From an uncultured delta proteobacterium (GTDB taxonomy: Bacteria > Desulfobacterota > Binatia > DP-6), in NCBI GenBank assembly GCA_963815115.1, contig CAWFFN010000007.1, positions 224,001 through 288,000 on the forward strand: 64,000 bases of DNA. Reading direction: 5' to 3'. A program made the translations under genes and the position numbers. The notes below the pieces were generated by a model, which had not been told where the DNA came from, ran no database searches, and was given only the letters and a program-made list of their open reading frames with translations. This document shows positions 51,949-62,117 of the stretch, piece by piece. The first letter of the stretch is position 1; each line of letters begins with the position of its first letter.

Positions 51949-52331
51949 GCCGCGACCGCCCATCGCTCGCGGAGCAGCTCGACGAGCTCGACCGCGTGTT
52001 CGCCGCGCTCGGGCACGCCTCGCGCCGTCACATCCTGGGCGTGCTGAAGGCGCGAGGCAGCCGCGTCCGGGCGGGGGACATCGCACGCCGCTTCGCGTGC
52101 AGCTGGCCCACCACGACCCGGCACCTGCGCGTGCTTGAGAACGCAAGACTCGTGCGCATCGAGCAGAAGGGGCGGGAACGCTGGTACGTACTCGAGGCGG
52201 AACTCCTCCAGCGCGTCGCCGGGGGCTGGTTGGCGGCATTCCGCAGCGCGGCGGGCAGACCCGCGCCGAGCCGGCGGGCCGGTCGGGGGGGTAGGGGCAA
52301 CGAGAATCGACCGCTACGTCACCATTCCTAG
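51945..52331 (+). CDS. ArsR/SmtB family transcriptional regulator
   Basis: 'VFAALGHASRRHIL...TTTRHLRVLENARLV...GRERWY'; GTGA overlap with the upstream gene. Confidence 0.88.
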   Translation: MSRDRPSLAEQLDELDRVFAALGHASRRHILGVLKARGSRVRAGDIARRFACSWPTTTRHLRVLENARLVRIEQKGRERWYVLEAELLQRVAGGWLAAFRSAAGRPAPSRRAGRGGRGNENRPLRHHS

Positions 52332-52473
52332 GCTTCTCGCGACTACGGCCTCGACCACGACGCCAGCCCCAGCTCCACGACGAGCGCGAATTCCACCTCC
52401 ACCACCGGGCGGTCTCGACGTCGACCACTTCGACCTCATCTCAACAAGTTGCTGACAAAGGACGGCGACCTCG

Positions 52474-52959
52474 ATGATGCCGTCCGCCGCCGCATCTTCG
52501 CGACCGTTGATCTGCCGCGCAGCGCCTCGGGAAGATCGGTCCGCCATTCTTGCACGATGCCCGTGTGTATCTCGGCCGGTTCACGCGCAATCGTATGGCC
52601 GCCGGCACCGTGGTGACGAACAGCGAGGTGACGAATGCGCCGCTCGCGGTGCGCACTTTGGACGACGCCATCCGTGCGGCAATAGAGCTGCACGATCTCC
52701 CAGCCCGGACGACCGCAATACGCCCGACAGACCTGGTGCGGGGTGTCCGATCCCGCCCGGCGAGATCACCGACGACGACATCGTCGGCGTGGCGGTGAAT
52801 CTCGCGGCGCGCATCCAGGCCGCCGCCGCGCCCGGTGAAGTGCTCGTCTCGTCGACGGTCAAGGACCTGGCTGCCGGCGCGGGCCACGGGTTCGCGAGCC
52901 GCGGCGAGCACCAGTTGAAGGACGTCGAAGAGCCGTGGCGCCTGTGGGCGGTGGGCTGA
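52474..52959 (+). pseudogene. Degraded class III adenylate/guanylate cyclase gene
   Basis: Intact C-terminal 'DIVGVAVNLAARI...PGEVLVSSTV...RGEHQLK'; the upstream part is frameshifted and eroded. Confidence 0.7.
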
Positions 52960-53041
52960 GGGGCCTCGGGCGGTGCCCGCGCGCTTCGAGCAGCACGTCT
53001 CGGGATGGCCGCCGGGGCCGGGCGGCGCTATCGTGCCCGGC

Positions 53042-54589
53042 ATGAGTGGATCCGACTCCAAGGAACTGCAGGGCCCCGACCTTCAGACCGGCATAGACAT
53101 CGATCAGCTGCACGAGGGTCAGCCGCTGCTGGGGCACGCGCACGGGCAGGCCGTAGTGCTGGTCAAGCGCGGCAACGCCTGCTTCGCGGTCGGCGCGACC
53201 TGCACCCACTATTCGGGACCGCTGGCCGAGGGGCTGGTCGTGGGCGACACCATCCGCTGCCCCTGGCACCACTCGCGGTTCGATCTGGCGACCGGCGTGC
53301 CTCTCGGCGGGCCCGGCATCAACCCGCTGCCCTGCTTCCAGGTCGTGCGCCAGGATCGCCTGGTCCGGATCGCGGATCGGCGTCCGGCGCCCGCGGCCAA
53401 GGCGGCCGTGCGTGGCCCCGATCGGGTCGTCGTCATCGGCTCGGGCCCCTCGGGCGCGCTGGTCGCCGAGACCCTGCGCAACGAAGGCCACGCCGGATCG
53501 ATCACCTTGGTGGGCGAAGAAGGCATCCCGGTCGATCGGCCCAATCTGTCCAAGGACTACCTGGCCGGGACGGCGCCCGAGGAATGGCTGCCCCTGCGGG
53601 ACGCGGGCGCGCTGGCGGAAATGAAGATCAGCCTCGTGACGGTGCGGGCGCGCCAGATTGATCTGGCGGGCAAACGTCTGATCGTCGAGGGCGCGGCCGA
53701 CGTCGGCTTCGACGCGCTGGTGATCGCCACGGGAGCCGCGCCCATCCGGCTGCCGATTCCGGGCGCGGATCTGCCCCACGTGCATCTGCTGCGCACTCTG
53801 GCCGACAGCCGCGGCATCATCGCGGCGGCCGCGGGCGCCAGACGCGCGGTCGTCATCGGCGGCGGCTTCATCGGCCTCGAGGTGGCGGGATCGCTGCGCG
53901 CCCGCAACCTCGAGGTCACGGTCGTCCTGCGCGAGACCGTGCCGCTCGAGAAGGTGCTGGGCGAGGCCCTGGGGACCTTCGTCGAAGCCTTGCACAAGGA
54001 ACACGGCGTGGCGTTCGTGCGCGACACGACCGCCTCGATCGATCGTACCAGCGTCACCCTGGCGAGCGGCAAGAAGCTGGACGCCGATCTGGTCGTGATG
54101 GGCGTGGGTGTGCGCCCGAACACCCAGCTGGCCGAGGCCGCGGGTCTGCGCTGTGACGACGGCATCATCGTCGACGACCACCTGCGCACCAGTGCGCCCA
54201 ACGTCTTCGCCGTGGGCGACGTCGCCCGCTTCCCCTGGGGCCCCGACGGCACCCTCATCCGGATCGAACACTTCGTTCACGCCCAGCGCATGGGCTTCGT
54301 CGCCGCCCGCAACGTCCTCGGCCGCGACCACGCCTTCAAATTCGCCCCGTTCTTCTGGAGCCAGCACTACGACGTCCCCATCGCCTACGTCGGCGGCGGC
54401 GCCTGGGACCAGGTCCAGGTCGTGGGTGATCCCGCCAAACGCGACCTCCTGGCGGTCTACCGCCGCGCCGGCCGCGCCGTTGCCCTGGCGTCGATCTACC
54501 GCGATCAGGACAGCCTACGCTTCGAAGAGATGCTCGAACGCGGGGACGACGCCGGGATCGAGGCGCTGGTCCGCGCGGCGGCGGGGTAG
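53042..54589 (+). CDS. Rieske [2Fe-2S] domain fused to FAD/NAD-dependent ferredoxin reductase (AIF-like)
   Basis: CTHYSGPL...CPWHH; GSGPSG, DRPNLSK, GGGFIG and PFFWSQHY motifs. Confidence 0.92.
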   Translation: MSGSDSKELQGPDLQTGIDIDQLHEGQPLLGHAHGQAVVLVKRGNACFAVGATCTHYSGPLAEGLVVGDTIRCPWHHSRFDLATGVPLGGPGINPLPCFQVVRQDRLVRIADRRPAPAAKAAVRGPDRVVVIGSGPSGALVAETLRNEGHAGSITLVGEEGIPVDRPNLSKDYLAGTAPEEWLPLRDAGALAEMKISLVTVRARQIDLAGKRLIVEGAADVGFDALVIATGAAPIRLPIPGADLPHVHLLRTLADSRGIIAAAAGARRAVVIGGGFIGLEVAGSLRARNLEVTVVLRETVPLEKVLGEALGTFVEALHKEHGVAFVRDTTASIDRTSVTLASGKKLDADLVVMGVGVRPNTQLAEAAGLRCDDGIIVDDHLRTSAPNVFAVGDVARFPWGPDGTLIRIEHFVHAQRMGFVAARNVLGRDHAFKFAPFFWSQHYDVPIAYVGGGAWDQVQVVGDPAKRDLLAVYRRAGRAVALASIYRDQDSLRFEEMLERGDDAGIEALVRAAAG

Positions 54590-54721
54590 GAGAGTGCCCA
54601 TCCGCCATGCGCAGCGACGTCTGCCGAGCGGATTGCCGCTACGTGGCTTCGCACGTGACGAGGCGGTAGCAGTGTTGACGCCGGCGAGTTCTCGACAGCG
54701 GGCACCGCAGCGAAAGGCCCG

Positions 54722-55339
54722 TCAGTCTTCGAGATGATGACCGTCGTTCCAGGTTGCGACGACGGGGTGCGCTGCGTCGACGCCGAGCTCGCTCAGGGCG
54801 GCGGTGTCGAGGTTGAAGATTCTCCCATCGTGCGGCGAAAGACCCACCCAGCGAGCCCCGAGGGCACGCAGCACGTGGCCATGCGCGAACACCGCGACGA
54901 CGCCGGAGCTCGGCTGCCAGCCCGGAGCACCGACGATCGCTCGCACCTCGGCGATGATGCGATCGACCCGGGCGGCCACGTCGTCGGGCGACTCGCCGCC
55001 GGGGCAGCCGTCCCGCCAGAGGTCCCAACCCGGATGGCGGGCGTCGATCTCTTCGTGCGTGAGCCCTTCGAGATCGCCGTAATGCCACTCGGCGAGATCG
55101 GCACGAACCTCTGCCCGTTCGCCGAGCCCGGCGAGGTCACAAGTTTCTCTCGCGCGAAGGAGCGGGCTCGTGAGCACTTTCGCGAACGTCCGTCGCGACA
55201 AGGACGGCGCGAGGCGGCGCGCTTGCGCTCTACCTTCTTCGGTGAGCGTCAAGTCGGTGCGCCCCGTGTGGCGACCGAGGCGAGTCCATTCGGTCTCGCC
55301 ATGGCGAACGAGCAAGAGCTGGGTGGCGCGCCGACTCAT
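54722..55339 (-). CDS. Histidine phosphatase (phosphoglycerate mutase family)
   Basis: RHGETEW, SPLLRA and AHG motifs. Confidence 0.92.
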   Translation of the reverse strand: MSRRATQLLLVRHGETEWTRLGRHTGRTDLTLTEEGRAQARRLAPSLSRRTFAKVLTSPLLRARETCDLAGLGERAEVRADLAEWHYGDLEGLTHEEIDARHPGWDLWRDGCPGGESPDDVAARVDRIIAEVRAIVGAPGWQPSSGVVAVFAHGHVLRALGARWVGLSPHDGRIFNLDTAALSELGVDAAHPVVATWNDGHHLED

Positions 55340-55406
55340 GCGAGCGGCACGATAGCATCCGTGGCGCCATCGCCCACACGAATGATGGACGGGTTGCCGC
55401 GGTCGG

Positions 55407-56075
55407 TCAGTACACCCAGGGCACGAGCCGCCACGTCCGCCGCCGGTAACCTGCGTACCGGTCGCCGAACTCGGAGGCGAGCAGGGCTTCCTCGGCCCGG
55501 ATGCGTGCCAGGATGAGCCAGACGAAGGGCAGCACGAGCAACAAGCCGGCGACGCTCCGGAAGACGAGCGCCCAGCCGACCCCGCCGATGAGGTAGCCGA
55601 GGTAGCTCGGGTTTCTGATCCAGCGGTACACCCCGTCGGTGACCAGCCGGTGACCCTCCTGGATGGCCACCAGACCGCTGAAGCGCCGGCCCAGCACGAA
55701 CATCGGCCATATCCGCAGCACCCCGCCGACGACGAGCAGCGCCAGCCCGAGCCAGCGAACCGCGTCGCCGTCGATCACCCAGCGGTTGCGGTGATCGAGG
55801 AAGGGGGGGAGCCAGATTGCCAGCAAGGCGAACACCAGCCCGACCGGCACGATCCACAGGTCCCCGACATCCGCACGCCGGCCGCTACTCAGGTTGAAGG
55901 GAGAGAACGCCCCCACCAGAGTGAGGACCAGACCCGCCAGGAGAGCGCCCCGGCGGGCCGGGTTGGCGAGCAATCCCGACCAGCTCCCCCAGGCGCGCGC
56001 GCTGAGATCGAAGCACAGCAGGGTGATGACGAGCAGGATCGCTGCGACCGGCAAGCGCGAGAGGACGGTGCGCAT
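55407..56075 (-). CDS. Isoprenylcysteine carboxyl methyltransferase family membrane protein
   Basis: 'LVTDGVYRWIRNPSY...EEALL..FG..Y..Y...RLVP'. Confidence 0.88.
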   Translation of the reverse strand: MRTVLSRLPVAAILLVITLLCFDLSARAWGSWSGLLANPARRGALLAGLVLTLVGAFSPFNLSSGRRADVGDLWIVPVGLVFALLAIWLPPFLDHRNRWVIDGDAVRWLGLALLVVGGVLRIWPMFVLGRRFSGLVAIQEGHRLVTDGVYRWIRNPSYLGYLIGGVGWALVFRSVAGLLLVLPFVWLILARIRAEEALLASEFGDRYAGYRRRTWRLVPWVY

Positions 56076-56254
56076 GGCTACGGCGCGAGCCTACTCCGTT
56101 CCGCGCGACGGTGCCCTCGGCTTCCGACGAGGGGCGCTTCGGAGGCGTTTTCCGCGGTCAGTGCCCGCCCCGTGCGCCTGTCAGCCCGCCACCCTTCCGC
56201 CGCGGAGACGGAGTGTGCTAGCCGATCTGGCAGCCCGCTGCCCGGAGGGTTCAC

Positions 56255-57679
56255 ATGCGCCGCCCACCTGAGGACCGTGCGATCGTCCCGTTTCCCACCC
56301 ACGCAGTCTCCAACATGGAGTGGGTCCCGACCGGGATCACCGGGAAGCAGAGGCTCGCCGAGCGGCTGATCGCCGACGAGTGTGCCGAGCGGGCCAAGCG
56401 GCACGGGATGAGCCGGGCCCAGTTCCTGCGCACGGCGGCCGCCACGGCCACCGCCTTCATGGTGCTGAACAGGCTGCACGGGTCGACGGCGTTCGCCGTC
56501 AAGAAGGAGCATTGCGACGACCTGGACGCGGGACGGGAGCTGCTCGACAAGAAGATGTTCGTGATGGACGTGCAGCAGCACCACGTCGACCTCGATCTCT
56601 ATCCCGATGGCTTGGGGTGCTCTCTCCGCTTCGTCGACCGCATGGCGGCGGGCGGCTGCCCGGCGAGCCTCGGGCAGGCGAACTACGTGAAGGAGATCTT
56701 CGTCGACAGCCACACCGACGTCGGCGTCATCAGCGGACTGCCATTCGGCGGCATCCCGCTGGGCCCCGCGGCCATGCTCGAGACGCGAGACCTGGTGAAC
56801 GAGCTCGCCGGCTCGGAGCGCTGCATTGCCCAGGCGGTGTGCGACCCGGCGCCGCAGTTCCAGAACGGGGCAACGGCGATCTCGACGCTGTCCGCGCAGC
56901 GGGCGAAGGGTACGCGCGCGGTCAAGTGCTACACCTACAGCGGCAACTGGCGCATGGACGACGAGACGGTCGCCTATCCCATGCTCGAGGAAGTCGAGCG
57001 GGTCGGGTTCCGGCTGGTGAACGTGCACAAGGGGCTGCCCGCCATGTTCGCGCCCGGGAGCCAGGAGACGGTCCGGGCGACCGATTTCCCGAAGGCCGTC
57101 CACGACTGGCCCGGGCTCAGCTTCTGCGCGTATCACTCGGCCTACTTCGGCTCCAACGACCACCATCCCGAGGGGAAGGTCGGGCTGACCGAATGGCTGG
57201 AGGTGCTGGCGAGCATCCCGAAGAAGGAGCGCAAGCGCGTCTACTCCGAGATCGGGTCGACGTTCGCAATCGTCCTGGCGCAGGGTCCGGACGCCGCGGC
57301 GCACTTCATCGGGCAGCTGCTGAAGGCGCTCGGACCGAGGAACATCCTCTGGGGGACCGACTCCATCTGGTGGGGATCGCCGCAGTGGCTGATCGACGCT
57401 TTCAGTGCGCTGACCATCCCCGAGGAGATGCAGGAGGAGTTCGGGTACCCGGCCCTCACCGAGCGGAAGAAGCGTCTCATCCTCGGGCTCAACTCGGCGC
57501 GTCTCTACGGAGTGAAGCCGAGGGCGGAGCGCTGCAAGCTCACGGCGAACCGGCTCGCGGAGTTCCAGGGCGAGCAGGGTGGATCGCGCGAGGGGCGGGC
57601 GCTCGTTGCGCACGGTCCCACCACGCGCCGCGAGTTCTTTGCGCTCCTGCGAGCTGAGAAGCGCGCGCAGCTCGGTTGA
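56255..57679 (+). CDS. Amidohydrolase_2 family metal-dependent hydrolase
   Basis: DVQQH, KCY, VHKG, YHS and WGTDSIWWGSPQ motifs. Confidence 0.85.
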   Translation: MRRPPEDRAIVPFPTHAVSNMEWVPTGITGKQRLAERLIADECAERAKRHGMSRAQFLRTAAATATAFMVLNRLHGSTAFAVKKEHCDDLDAGRELLDKKMFVMDVQQHHVDLDLYPDGLGCSLRFVDRMAAGGCPASLGQANYVKEIFVDSHTDVGVISGLPFGGIPLGPAAMLETRDLVNELAGSERCIAQAVCDPAPQFQNGATAISTLSAQRAKGTRAVKCYTYSGNWRMDDETVAYPMLEEVERVGFRLVNVHKGLPAMFAPGSQETVRATDFPKAVHDWPGLSFCAYHSAYFGSNDHHPEGKVGLTEWLEVLASIPKKERKRVYSEIGSTFAIVLAQGPDAAAHFIGQLLKALGPRNILWGTDSIWWGSPQWLIDAFSALTIPEEMQEEFGYPALTERKKRLILGLNSARLYGVKPRAERCKLTANRLAEFQGEQGGSREGRALVAHGPTTRREFFALLRAEKRAQLG

Positions 57680-57739
57680 GCGGGCGAGGTAGCCAGGCCG
57701 GCCGTCGGCGCGCGCTCCGGCCACGCCGCCTCCGATCGC

Positions 57740-58461
57740 CTACCGGCTGCCCGACGAGTGACCGCCGCGGCCCCCGGACGTCCCGCGGTGGACGTCGGTC
57801 ACCACGTTCTCGATCCAGTCGATCTCGGAATCGAGCGCGAGCATCAGGCCAGCCTGCTGCTCCGGCGAGAGGCCGGGCAGGACGCCCTGGAAGAGGCGAG
57901 CGCCGTAGGGCTCGACGATGCGGACCTGCAACCAGCCGACCGGCCCGCCGTCCTGGTCCCGGATCGTGGCGCGATAGGTACCCTGGATGTCCAGAGTGGT
58001 CTGCGCGTTGCGGGTCAGAACGCTGTAGCCGCTGTTGCCGTCGAGGCGTTCGAAGGGGCCGAGCCGAAGCGGCGTCCCGGTGGCCGGCAAGAGGGTCAGG
58101 TGCACGGCGCTGGCGTCCCAGGCCGGCGCGACGCCGGCAGCTGGGTGTGCGCCGGCGTCGTAGATCACGACCTGCGCAGGCGCGGTGACTCGCAGCGTGC
58201 CCTGGGTGCCCCGGGTCGTCCGCACGCGGAACGGGGCGTTCCGCTCAGGTTGATCCACGCCGGTGGCTCCACGATGCCGGTGTCGCTGCCCGGGAGCCGA
58301 TCCAGCAGGAAGCCGTCGTGTACCTGGTGGGCGGCGAAGGTGGCCTGGGGATCCAGCTCGGAGGTCTGGAGGGCGGTCGGCGCGCAGCCGCTCGCAGCAT
58401 AGGCGAGCACGAGGCCGATGGCGACGAGCGCGGTCCGCACCGGAGACATCTGTTGTCGCAT
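57740..58461 (-). pseudogene. Hypothetical lipoprotein with an apparent 1-nt frameshift near 58235
   Basis: The lipobox ORF (ASGC) at 58461 continues protein-like in the other frame (PFRVRTTRG...) across a C4 run. Confidence 0.6.
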
Positions 58462-58519
58462 GCGTGCGCCGGCGTCGCGGGTCGGTCAAGCCGCCCAGGC
58501 AGGCACGGGCGCCGAGGCG

Positions 58520-59431
58520 TCAGCGATAGCCGGTCACGTCGGCTGGTTTCCCCGCGTCCTGGACCTCGGTGATGTACCGCCAGCAGTCGGGTTGGCTGCC
58601 GTCGAGGTCGGTGAAGCCGTAGATCTTCGCCAGCTGGCCGCTGGACAGCGACGCTCCGTTCCAGCGCGACACGTCGGGGTCGCCGGCCAGCGCCACGACG
58701 GCCCGGCCGACGAACGCCGGAGTCTCGGAGATGGCGAAGTGGGGCGAGCGCGTCGTCGCGTCATGCCAGCTCGACTCGGTGACGCCGTAGGCCTCGAGCA
58801 TGGCCTCCGATCGGAGCCAGCCCGGCGTGAGTGACACCGCTGTCGCGTGGCGGGGTCGCAGCTCGTGGGCCAGCGCGAACGCCATCCGATTCACCGCCGC
58901 CTTCGCGAGGTCGTAGAAGAACGAGACCCGGTAGTTGGTCGCGTTGTAGTCATCGGTGCCGTCGGTCATCTCGACGACCAGCCCGCCCGGCATCTCGATG
59001 AGCAGGGGGATCGCGAAGTGGCTGGTGATGGCGTGCGTGTCGACCGCCAGCCGCAGGGTGCGCAGTCCATTCTCCAGCGACGATTCCCAGACCGACTTGC
59101 TCCACTCCATCGTGGTGGCACCCCAGATGTCGTTGACGAGAACGTGCAGGTGGCCTTGCTCGTTCCGGATGCGCGTCACCAGCGCCCGTACCTCGTCGGG
59201 AACGAGATGGTCTACCTGGACCGCGATGCCGTGGCCGCCGGCCTCGTCCACGAGTGCTGCGGTCTCCTCGATGGTCTCCGGTCGGTTCATCTCCGATCGA
59301 TGCGACCGGGTCGTTCGCCCGCTGACGTAGACCGTCGCTCCGGCGGCACCGAGTTCGACGGCGATTCCGCGGCCGGCTCCCCGGGTCCCCCCGGCGACCA
59401 AGGCGACCTTTCCTGCGAGCGATGTCCCCAT
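58520..59431 (-). CDS. Short-chain dehydrogenase/reductase (DHRS1-like)
   Basis: AGGTRGAG, LVND, YDLAK and PGWLRSE motifs. Confidence 0.92.
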   Translation of the reverse strand: MGTSLAGKVALVAGGTRGAGRGIAVELGAAGATVYVSGRTTRSHRSEMNRPETIEETAALVDEAGGHGIAVQVDHLVPDEVRALVTRIRNEQGHLHVLVNDIWGATTMEWSKSVWESSLENGLRTLRLAVDTHAITSHFAIPLLIEMPGGLVVEMTDGTDDYNATNYRVSFFYDLAKAAVNRMAFALAHELRPRHATAVSLTPGWLRSEAMLEAYGVTESSWHDATTRSPHFAISETPAFVGRAVVALAGDPDVSRWNGASLSSGQLAKIYGFTDLDGSQPDCWRYITEVQDAGKPADVTGYR

Positions 59432-59513
59432 GCCGCCCAGTCTAACCGTGATGTGATCGCGGATCACGATGCAACGGCGTGCGACGACCTGCACGTCGTG
59501 GACGGTCGGCCGG

Positions 59514-60749
59514 TCACGAGTCGAGGCGCCCCTTGCGCACCAGGAACGGGCGCTCCACGAAGCGGTAGCTCAACGCGGAGAGCGCGAGGCACATGGCCGT
59601 GAGGGCCGCGATGACCAGCGCCGAGGAAACGCTCCATCCGTTGAACTGCCCCGGCCATGTGCGCCGGACGGCAAGGAGCGACAGGTGCATGAAGGGCGCG
59701 TGGATCATGTAGATCGAGTAGGAGAGGATGCCGAGCCGCGCCAGGACGGCGTTCGAGAAGAGCGCCTTCCCGCGCAGCGGCGCGAGCAGCAGCACGAGGA
59801 TGAAGGCGGCCCACAGCGCGCCGTTGACGACGTGCCAGGGCTGATCGGGATACCCCATCTGCCGCGTCGGACCGATCGAGACGAGCCACTTGAGGAAGAC
59901 GGCGTTCGTGAGGATCAGCGTGAGAAGCAGGAGATCGGCTCCGCCGCGAGAGAGCCAGTGCGTTCGGGCGAGGCGTGCGCGAATGCTCCCGCCGAAGCGT
60001 CGATACAGCGCCGCGGCTCCCACGCCCCAGGCGAACAGGGGGCCGCGCCCGAACACGGAGTTGATGAGCGCCATCTCTCCGTCGACGGACCGCATCTGGA
60101 GGACGCCCCGTACCATCGCGGCGTAGGCGACGACGTAGCCGCAGAAGAGCATCCCGCCGATCCAGCGGCCGCGCGGGGAGCGCCAGAAGAGCGCCAGGAA
60201 AGGAAGGAGCAGGTAGAACTGCACCTCGGTCGCCAGGCTCCACCAGACGTTGCTGTACGGCTCCAGCGAGGTGCGAACGCCCGGGAACGAGTTGAGGAAC
60301 AGGAGATAGGGGAACGCCCAGCGGAGCTCGGCGAGGTGCTGCGCGGTGAGCACGGTCCCCACCACGACCGCGACGTAGTACAGGGGCAGGATGCGGAGCG
60401 CACGGCGAAGCGCGTACCGGCGGACGACGACTCGCCTGCCGTCCGACGCCTCCGCGAGGAAGGGCAGCGACAGGAGGAACCCGCTCAGGACGAAGAACAG
60501 GTCCACGCCGGTGAAGCCGGCGCGCACGAACGCCAGCGAGAGCGGTGTCGATTGCACGACCGAGAAGGGGAAGCGGGCGAAGCCGTCGACGTGGAACGTG
60601 AAGACGAGGAGGACGGCGACGCCGCGGACGGCCTCCAGCTCCGGGATGAACACGCTCGAGCGGCGGAGCCCGACGAGTGCCTCGCCGGGTTCGGCGCGCG
60701 ACGCGGCCGCCGCATCGTCGAGAGAAGCGACAGGGGGAGCGGTCATCAC
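59514..60749 (-). CDS. Acyltransferase 3 (OafA-like) membrane protein
   Basis: GVDLFFVLSGF, RRALRILPLY, WSLATEVQFY, SYSIYMIH and VERP motifs. Confidence 0.92.
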   Translation of the reverse strand: MMTAPPVASLDDAAAASRAEPGEALVGLRRSSVFIPELEAVRGVAVLLVFTFHVDGFARFPFSVVQSTPLSLAFVRAGFTGVDLFFVLSGFLLSLPFLAEASDGRRVVVRRYALRRALRILPLYYVAVVVGTVLTAQHLAELRWAFPYLLFLNSFPGVRTSLEPYSNVWWSLATEVQFYLLLPFLALFWRSPRGRWIGGMLFCGYVVAYAAMVRGVLQMRSVDGEMALINSVFGRGPLFAWGVGAAALYRRFGGSIRARLARTHWLSRGGADLLLLTLILTNAVFLKWLVSIGPTRQMGYPDQPWHVVNGALWAAFILVLLLAPLRGKALFSNAVLARLGILSYSIYMIHAPFMHLSLLAVRRTWPGQFNGWSVSSALVIAALTAMCLALSALSYRFVERPFLVRKGRLDS

Positions 60750-60875
60750 GACGCGAAGCTAGCCCGGCCCGCGCACGCCGGTCAAAAGCAACGGGGTCGC
60801 CGGCGCGGGGAGGGCTTTCCGCCCACGGACGGCGAGGCGCTGAGCGCCCGACTCGCCTGACGCTGCCGCGCGCGG

Positions 60876-61964
60876 TTACCCCGCCGGGCGCACGGCGGGT
60901 ACGCGGACCGTGAACACGCAGCCGCAGCCAGGCCGGTCGCGCAGCTCGACGTGCCCGCGATGCGCCTCGATCGCCTGGCGCACGATGGCGAGGCCGAGCC
61001 CGAGACCGGTCCGGTCCGCCGCGCGCTGCACGAACGGCTCGAACAGGTCCGGCCCGACGTCCGGAGGCAGGCCGCCGCAGCCATCCTCGACCTCGATGAC
61101 CACCTCGGTGTCCCGGGCGTAGCCGCGCAGGGTGACGGTGGCGCCCCGCTCGCTGAACTTGACCGCGTTGCGCGCCAGGTTGCCGATCGCGGAATGGAGC
61201 AGGCGCTCGTCGCCGTCCAGCTCGAGCCCCGCGGACACGTCGGTGACGATGGTGAGACCGCGATCCTCGGCCTCGGGCGTCGCATCGAGCGCGACCGCCC
61301 GCAGCAGGCCGGCGACGGCGATTCGCGTGTACTCGGGCGTCACCCCGCCTCCCAGTCGCCCGGCGACGAGGACGTGATCGATCAGCTCGCGCAGTCGGAC
61401 GAGGCTGCGGTCGAGGAGCTCGACGGCACGGAGCGGGGCCTGCTCGAGCGTCCGCCGGATGATGCTGAGTGACGTCCAGGCGGTGCTGAGCGGACCGCGG
61501 AGCTCGTGTGCGACGAAGCTGAGATGGCGCGCGCTCTGCTGGCGCTCCTCCTCGTCACGCCGGCGCGCGTAGGCGTTGACGGCCTCGGCGGCGCCGGTGT
61601 GGAGGCTGGTGAGCAGGATGCGCGCCTCGCGGGCCGAGATCGTCCCGCCGTCGTCGTTCACGGCCGCGAGAATCGTGTCGCCCAGCAGACCGTACTCGCG
61701 GACCACCTCGTCGACGTCGAATCCCGTTCGCCAGCGCTGGCGTCCATGCTGCGGCGCCACCTCGCTGTCCTCGGGCAGGGCGCTCGGCCGTGCCGGGTCG
61801 AGCGCCGCCACCAGCTCCGCGACGAAGGCCGGCATCTCGTCGACGAGCTCGGCACGGCTCAGGTCGTCGGTGCCGAGACGCTCGCGGAGCCGGTGCCGCC
61901 ATCGTTCGATGAGGCTGTCTCCGCGGTCGCGCAGGAAATCGTGCAGGGTGGTGATCGTCGGCAT
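60876..61964 (-). CDS. Histidine kinase with N-terminal RsbRD-N-like domain
   Basis: HGRQR..GF....VVREY; AHELRGPL, NAVKF, DGCGG and GLGLGL motifs. Confidence 0.88.
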   Translation of the reverse strand: MPTITTLHDFLRDRGDSLIERWRHRLRERLGTDDLSRAELVDEMPAFVAELVAALDPARPSALPEDSEVAPQHGRQRWRTGFDVDEVVREYGLLGDTILAAVNDDGGTISAREARILLTSLHTGAAEAVNAYARRRDEEERQQSARHLSFVAHELRGPLSTAWTSLSIIRRTLEQAPLRAVELLDRSLVRLRELIDHVLVAGRLGGGVTPEYTRIAVAGLLRAVALDATPEAEDRGLTIVTDVSAGLELDGDERLLHSAIGNLARNAVKFSERGATVTLRGYARDTEVVIEVEDGCGGLPPDVGPDLFEPFVQRAADRTGLGLGLAIVRQAIEAHRGHVELRDRPGCGCVFTVRVPAVRPAG

Positions 61965-62117
61965 GCGTGGCGGTCAGGAAGGCGTGAGACTGACCGACCG
62001 TGGACCACCTGTCCAGCGGTCGTATGGCTCGGCGGTCACTGTGCTGGCAGTCGGGTACCGGGGCGCCCGTGTGGTTGCGGAGGTCCTGCGGGGCGTGCAG
62101 AGGGATCCTCGTCGACG

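Noticed and set aside
59440-59500. GTCTAAC (and GTTAGAT near 30025) as integron attC cores
   Set aside because: There is no matching complementary core at the right spacing and no intI gene.
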